Of a DNA stretch of 10,792 nucleotides, positions 6,712-10,792 are shown in pieces. The notes under the pieces were generated by a model. That model was not told where the DNA came from and ran no database searches. It was given only the letters and a program-made list of their open reading frames with translations. Source of the stretch: Candidatus Heimdallarchaeota archaeon (lineage in GTDB: Archaea > Asgardarchaeota > Heimdallarchaeia > Heimdallarchaeales > Heimdallarchaeaceae); the NCBI GenBank assembly GCA_030668825.1, contig DAOVET010000087.1, forward strand, positions 1 to 10,792. The letters run 5' to 3'. Position 1 is the stretch's first letter. The number at the start of each line of letters is the position of its first letter. A program made the translations under genes and the position numbers.

Positions 6712-7152
6712 CTATATTCCTTCTTCTTCTGTTGCAGGAATCCTGGTTTCTTTTATTTCACTTGTTTCTTTTGAGATTTCAGTAACCAAAACGATTGAAG
6801 GGAGTTTATCAATACCAGCATCTTTCATAATTTCTTTGTAAGAATCAGTTAAGAAGTATTCTTTAAGTTTATACCAAGATGTTTTGATTAGAACAGGAAA
6901 ATCTTGCACATCTAATAAACAACTGTGTTTTTCTTCCTTTTCTCCTTCTTTCAGAACTTTCTTGGTTTTGGTTTTGATTATTTCACCACATTTTAAGCAG
7001 TATTTCCACCTTGCAGGATGTATACTTAGCTTGTCACTTGTTCTCACGTAAAGTATTAACCCCTCATTGAATGGAATCCTCCAAATTGATAATGCATATT
7101 GTTTTGCAATCTCTCTAATTTGTGATTTTTCAGCATCAGTTATATCAGGCAA
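6712..7152 (-). CDS. Hypothetical putative zinc-binding protein, paralog B (C-x2-C-x20-H-x-C)
   Basis: 146 aa from a TTG at 7152 preceded by AGGAGCAGGA SD-like sequence. Aligns with paralog A from PDITD onward. Has a Lys/Glu-rich loop and an acidic C-terminal tail. Confidence 0.82.
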   Translation of the reverse strand: MPDITDAEKSQIREIAKQYALSIWRIPFNEGLILYVRTSDKLSIHPARWKYCLKCGEIIKTKTKKVLKEGEKEEKHSCLLDVQDFPVLIKTSWYKLKEYFLTDSYKEIMKDAGIDKLPSIVLVTEISKETSEIKETRIPATEEEGI

Positions 7153-7272
7153 TGAAAATCCTGCTCCTATGTGTACTAGAATCTGACACATATAAGAATT
7201 CTTCTGTTTCGCAGACAGAAATAAAATATTACTAAATCGCTTAATAATTTGGTGTTAAAACTGGTTTTTTGC

Positions 7273-7288
7273 AGAAACTATTATAAAA
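7273..7288 (+). promoter_or_regulatory. BRE + TATA box for the TPR gene
   Basis: AGAAAC-TATTATAAAA about 45 nt upstream of the ATG at 7332. Confidence 0.5.
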
Positions 7289-7331
7289 CTGTAAGCGTAA
7301 TTAATGTGATTAGAATAGTTGATAGTGCCAG

Positions 7332-9254
7332 ATGAATGGAATTTTTGTTAAAGAGTTAGAAGATATTGAACAGCTCATAAATAAAGGAGAGTATAACAGA
7401 GCTTCAGAGAGAATTGATTCAATCTATGCTGAAGAGAAGACTTCAGTAGAAGAGAAAATAAAATGTAAAATATTTAAAAAGCGAATCTATTCTGAAGCAT
7501 CTAAATATTCTGAGGCTATAAAGCTTGGAGAAGAAGCTTTTGAGGAGAGTCAAAAACTAAATAATAAACATTTAATGTTTGATTCTCTAATACAATCTCC
7601 TTATGTTTACTTTCTTGCTGGAGAATATGAATTAAGAAAGGAAAAGATTAAACTTGCTGGCCAGATTCTAGATTCTTTTGATGATAAAACATCACGAGAA
7701 TATTTTCAGAGAAAAGCTACTTTTCTAACCATGAAAAGAGATAGTTTTGAGAAGTCTTTAGAAAATCTTGAGGAAAGTATAGACATCTCGATAAAATTTG
7801 GTTTTAATATACAGTTAGCTGATTCGTACCAAAGACTAGGTAATTCCTATCTTTGGTCTGGAGAAATCACAAAAGCAATAAAGTTTAACCAAAAATCGTT
7901 AGATCTTTCTGAAAAATTAGAATATCCCTTAGGAATCAACAATGCTGTTTCCAGTAAAGCTGTTTGCTATATGCATAGAGGAGAGCTTGATTTAGCGCTT
8001 GATTATTTTCTCCAAAGCAGATCATTTATTGAAGAAGTGAACGATTTATATGCACAAGCTTGCCTTTTCATAGATTTAGGTTATTTATATTGGCTAGGGA
8101 AGGATCTGAAATCAGCTTTTGAATATTATAAAAAATCTATCTCACTCTATAAAGAATCAAAAGTTGTAAGCACTCGTCATTTACCTTGGACTCTCTTTCG
8201 GATGAATTTGGTTCTTATTGAGATGGAACAATATGAAGAGGCATATAAGAATCTTGAACAGATTGAGCTCTTGTCTTTGATAAAAGATAAACCAATCTTT
8301 AAAATAATCTATCATCTTGCAAAAGCGGTTCTTCTTAAAACCAAAACTGACGATGATAATTGGGATGAAGCAATGACTTTGTTAGAAGAAGTTGCTGACG
8401 AAGAGATTGTCTACCTTGAGTTAAATGGTTTAGTAATCTTTCATTTGTGTGATGCTTACCTCAAAAAAATACAAAATACGAATGATTTGGAAGTATTTGG
8501 GAAATTGAAGAACAGAATAATAAATTTGACTGAAATGGCTAAAGAGCAGAAATCGCACATTCTACTTATTCAATCTCTCTTACTCCAATCAAAGTTAGAA
8601 CTAATTGAGTTTAATATTGATAAAGGACAATTATTACTAGAAAAAGCGCAGATTTTAGCAGAAGAAAAAGGAATTATTAAGCTTGCAAAGGTTGTATCTA
8701 ATGAAATTGATATTCTTTTAAGTCAATTGAGTACTTGGGAAGATATGTCTAAGTATTTACCAAGCTTAGAAGAAAGACTAGAATTTACCCATGTAGAGGA
8801 TGTACTAAGTAGGATTATGAAAGACAGCATTATACATGAAACGTTTACTGATGAAAAGGAGGCTCCACTATTTTTCCTAGTACTTAACGATGAGGGAGCC
8901 ATTCATTTTTCAGAACTGTTTAGCGATGTTACTCTGGATAATGAATTACTCCAAGAGATACTGGCGGCAATTGCTAGATTCAAAGCTAATGAAACATTAG
9001 AAACGGGGATAATTAAAAGGATAAAATACAGAAATTATACAATTGCTATAAACTCTCAAGTCAATTTGTTGTTGGTTTATGCTTTTATAGGAAAATCCTA
9101 TCATGCTTTACAGAAATTTAGATTTTTAATCGAGGAATTTCGTACTTTTACAAGTGAATGGACTACTTTTTTTAATAAAATAAAAGATAATAAGGAGTTA
9201 ACACTCTCAGATCGGATGCAATTATCGGAATATCTAGAAAGTGTTTTTGTGTGA
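7332..9254 (+). CDS. Tetratricopeptide-repeat protein with C-terminal longin-like domain
   Basis: 640 aa. MalT/SNAP-like TPR units (LADSYQRLGNSYLWSGEITKAIKFNQKSL; AVCYMHRGELDLALDYF; LGYLYWLGKDLKSAFEYYKKSI). The last ~130 aa show a beta-beta-alpha-beta-beta-beta-alpha-alpha pattern (LFFLVLNDEG, IHFS, DNELLQEILAAIARF, IKRIKY, YTIAI, LLLVYAFIG, YHALQKF). Confidence 0.88.
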   Translation: MNGIFVKELEDIEQLINKGEYNRASERIDSIYAEEKTSVEEKIKCKIFKKRIYSEASKYSEAIKLGEEAFEESQKLNNKHLMFDSLIQSPYVYFLAGEYELRKEKIKLAGQILDSFDDKTSREYFQRKATFLTMKRDSFEKSLENLEESIDISIKFGFNIQLADSYQRLGNSYLWSGEITKAIKFNQKSLDLSEKLEYPLGINNAVSSKAVCYMHRGELDLALDYFLQSRSFIEEVNDLYAQACLFIDLGYLYWLGKDLKSAFEYYKKSISLYKESKVVSTRHLPWTLFRMNLVLIEMEQYEEAYKNLEQIELLSLIKDKPIFKIIYHLAKAVLLKTKTDDDNWDEAMTLLEEVADEEIVYLELNGLVIFHLCDAYLKKIQNTNDLEVFGKLKNRIINLTEMAKEQKSHILLIQSLLLQSKLELIEFNIDKGQLLLEKAQILAEEKGIIKLAKVVSNEIDILLSQLSTWEDMSKYLPSLEERLEFTHVEDVLSRIMKDSIIHETFTDEKEAPLFFLVLNDEGAIHFSELFSDVTLDNELLQEILAAIARFKANETLETGIIKRIKYRNYTIAINSQVNLLLVYAFIGKSYHALQKFRFLIEEFRTFTSEWTTFFNKIKDNKELTLSDRMQLSEYLESVFV

Positions 9255-9402
9255 TTGTTAGTCTTTTGATTCATCCAGTTTTATAGGGATTTTGCTTCTT
9301 TCTCTAGTTTTTAAATTATTTCTATTATGAAGGTTGAGCATTTCGAACATAAATGATACATTCTTAACCTAACTTCTAGATTGGAAATTTTGATGGTAGG
9401 AG

Positions 9403-9412
9403 CTTATATATA
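9403..9412 (+). promoter_or_regulatory. Candidate TATA box for the GH36 gene
   Basis: CTTATATATA about 64 nt upstream of the ATG at 9476. Confidence 0.4.
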
Positions 9413-9475
9413 CCCAAAAAAACTTCTACTAACTCATAATATTATATTTCATCTAGATATTAAGAGTGGAAAGAA

Positions 9476-10792
9476 ATGAGTGTAATTTCATCTATTCAGA
9501 CCCAACATTATCTTATTACTGTTAATGGTGATCTAGGTCCTTTTAAATTATCTCTTGAACATTCCTTAGATATTGATGGGGTTGAATATATTACTGTCCA
9601 AATGAATGCCGATAAACCCTCACGTCCAACTCCTTTAATTTTATCATGGGATCATCCTATGATTAATACTCATTACAAATGGTTTCCAGGAACCTATCTT
9701 AATCGAACAATTCTTCCTGTATGGAGTAAAGATGAATGTATTAGTAAAGCTACATCGAATGCCCCTGTCTATGCTCTTTTTAGTACGGATGGTACAAATG
9801 CTCTTACTTTTGCTCTTTCTGATGCTTTGAATGTAGTAAAACTTCAAGCAGGTCTTGCTGAACTTACAGCGATGGTTCACTGTGAAATTAAGCTTTTCAC
9901 TGAACCTATGCCGATAACTAAAAAATATGAAACAAGGATTCGTCTTGATACCCGAGATATTCAATATTATAAGGTGCTACAAGATGTAAGTGACTGGTGG
10001 GCTTCTATGCCAGATTACAAACCAAGTCCTATACCAGAACATGCACGTCGTCCAATTTATTCTTCTTGGTACAGTTTTCACCAAGATTTATCTCCTGAAA
10101 AACTTGAAAAACAGTGCCGATTAGCAAAAGAAATGGGTATGGAATCAATCATTGTTGATGATGGATGGCAAACAGATGACACAAATCGTGGATATGCTTA
10201 TTGTGGTGACTGGGAAGTTACAAAGAACAAATTACCTGATTTTCAAGAGCATGTAAAACGTGTTCATGAAATTGGTCTAAAGTATATGCTTTGGTTTTCG
10301 GTTCCAGCTGTAGGAATCCATTCAAAAGCTTATAAGCGATTCAAAGAGAAATTACTTAATCCTTCTAGGAAACACAACTGGTTTGTTCTTGATCCTCGCT
10401 TTCCAGAGGTTAGAGAATATTTGATAACATTGTATGAACGTTTTGTTAGAGATTATGATATTGATGGACTGAAACTAGATTTTATTGATACATTCCATCT
10501 AACAGAAGAGACTAAAAATTCATTTGGAGAAGGACGCGATTTCGATTCTGTTCAGGAAGCTGTTGATTGCTTATTAATTGATATTATCAACAGACTTAGA
10601 ACCATAAATCCTGATATATTAATAGAATTTAGACAGAAATATATTGGTCCCATTATGCGAAAATATGGAAATATGTTTCGTGCTTTAGATGTTCCTAATG
10701 ACTACTGTGGCAATAGAGTACGAACTATAGATATAAGATTGTTGTGTGGTAATACTCCTGCTCATTCAGATATGTTCATGTGGCATAAGGAT
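9476..10792 (+). CDS. Glycoside hydrolase family 36 (alpha-galactosidase/melibiase-like), 3'-truncated by the window
   Basis: Manual translation is open from ATG 9476 to the edge (439 codons, MSVISSIQTQHY...). Clan GH-D motifs: YSSWYSF, IIVDDGWQ, GDW, GLKYMLWF, LDPRFPEVREYL, DGLKLDF (nucleophile Asp), FRALD (likely acid/base Asp). Absent from the ORF track because there is no stop in the window. Confidence 0.92.
   Translation, partial: MSVISSIQTQHYLITVNGDLGPFKLSLEHSLDIDGVEYITVQMNADKPSRPTPLILSWDHPMINTHYKWFPGTYLNRTILPVWSKDECISKATSNAPVYALFSTDGTNALTFALSDALNVVKLQAGLAELTAMVHCEIKLFTEPMPITKKYETRIRLDTRDIQYYKVLQDVSDWWASMPDYKPSPIPEHARRPIYSSWYSFHQDLSPEKLEKQCRLAKEMGMESIIVDDGWQTDDTNRGYAYCGDWEVTKNKLPDFQEHVKRVHEIGLKYMLWFSVPAVGIHSKAYKRFKEKLLNPSRKHNWFVLDPRFPEVREYLITLYERFVRDYDIDGLKLDFIDTFHLTEETKNSFGEGRDFDSVQEAVDCLLIDIINRLRTINPDILIEFRQKYIGPIMRKYGNMFRALDVPNDYCGNRVRTIDIRLLCGNTPAHSDMFMWHKD

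Noticed and set aside
5237-7152. Composite mobile element bounded by the paralogs
   Set aside because: The paralogs are only about 50% identical in protein, lack long DNA-level repeats, and show no transposase or recombinase motifs.
7153-7191. N-terminal extension of paralog B in the ORF track
   Set aside because: It contains the SD-like AGGAG for the TTG at 7152 and has essentially no counterpart in paralog A.
7202-7220. TTCTGT/ACAGAA 6-bp hairpin upstream of paralog B
   Set aside because: Too short to distinguish from chance in AT-rich DNA.
9644-9964. 106-aa minus-strand ORF
   Set aside because: Antisense to the GH36 gene, which has clear catalytic motifs.

Overview
AT-rich window (roughly 30-33% GC by eye), standard stop-codon usage, with archaeal-style BRE/TATA promoters and oligo-T terminators. 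A TPR protein with a C-terminal longin-like domain and a GPH-family MFS transporter suggest an Asgard archaeon (inference, not verified). Gene order: possible partial CDS (-), 4-TM membrane protein (-), DEAD-box RNA helicase with DESD motif (-), S41 peptidase (-), MelB/GPH sugar transporter (+), a four-gene minus-strand block, TPR-longin protein (+), and a 3'-truncated GH36 alpha-galactosidase (+) that the ORF track missed. The most unusual part is the block at 5237-7152. Two paralogous small proteins that I cannot assign to a family, each with a C-x2-C...H-x-C motif, flank a two-gene cassette (secreted protein plus DUF4242-like protein). The cassette's promoter/leader carries interleaved inverted repeats and a palindrome. 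No rRNA, tRNA, CRISPR array or mobile element was recognised.
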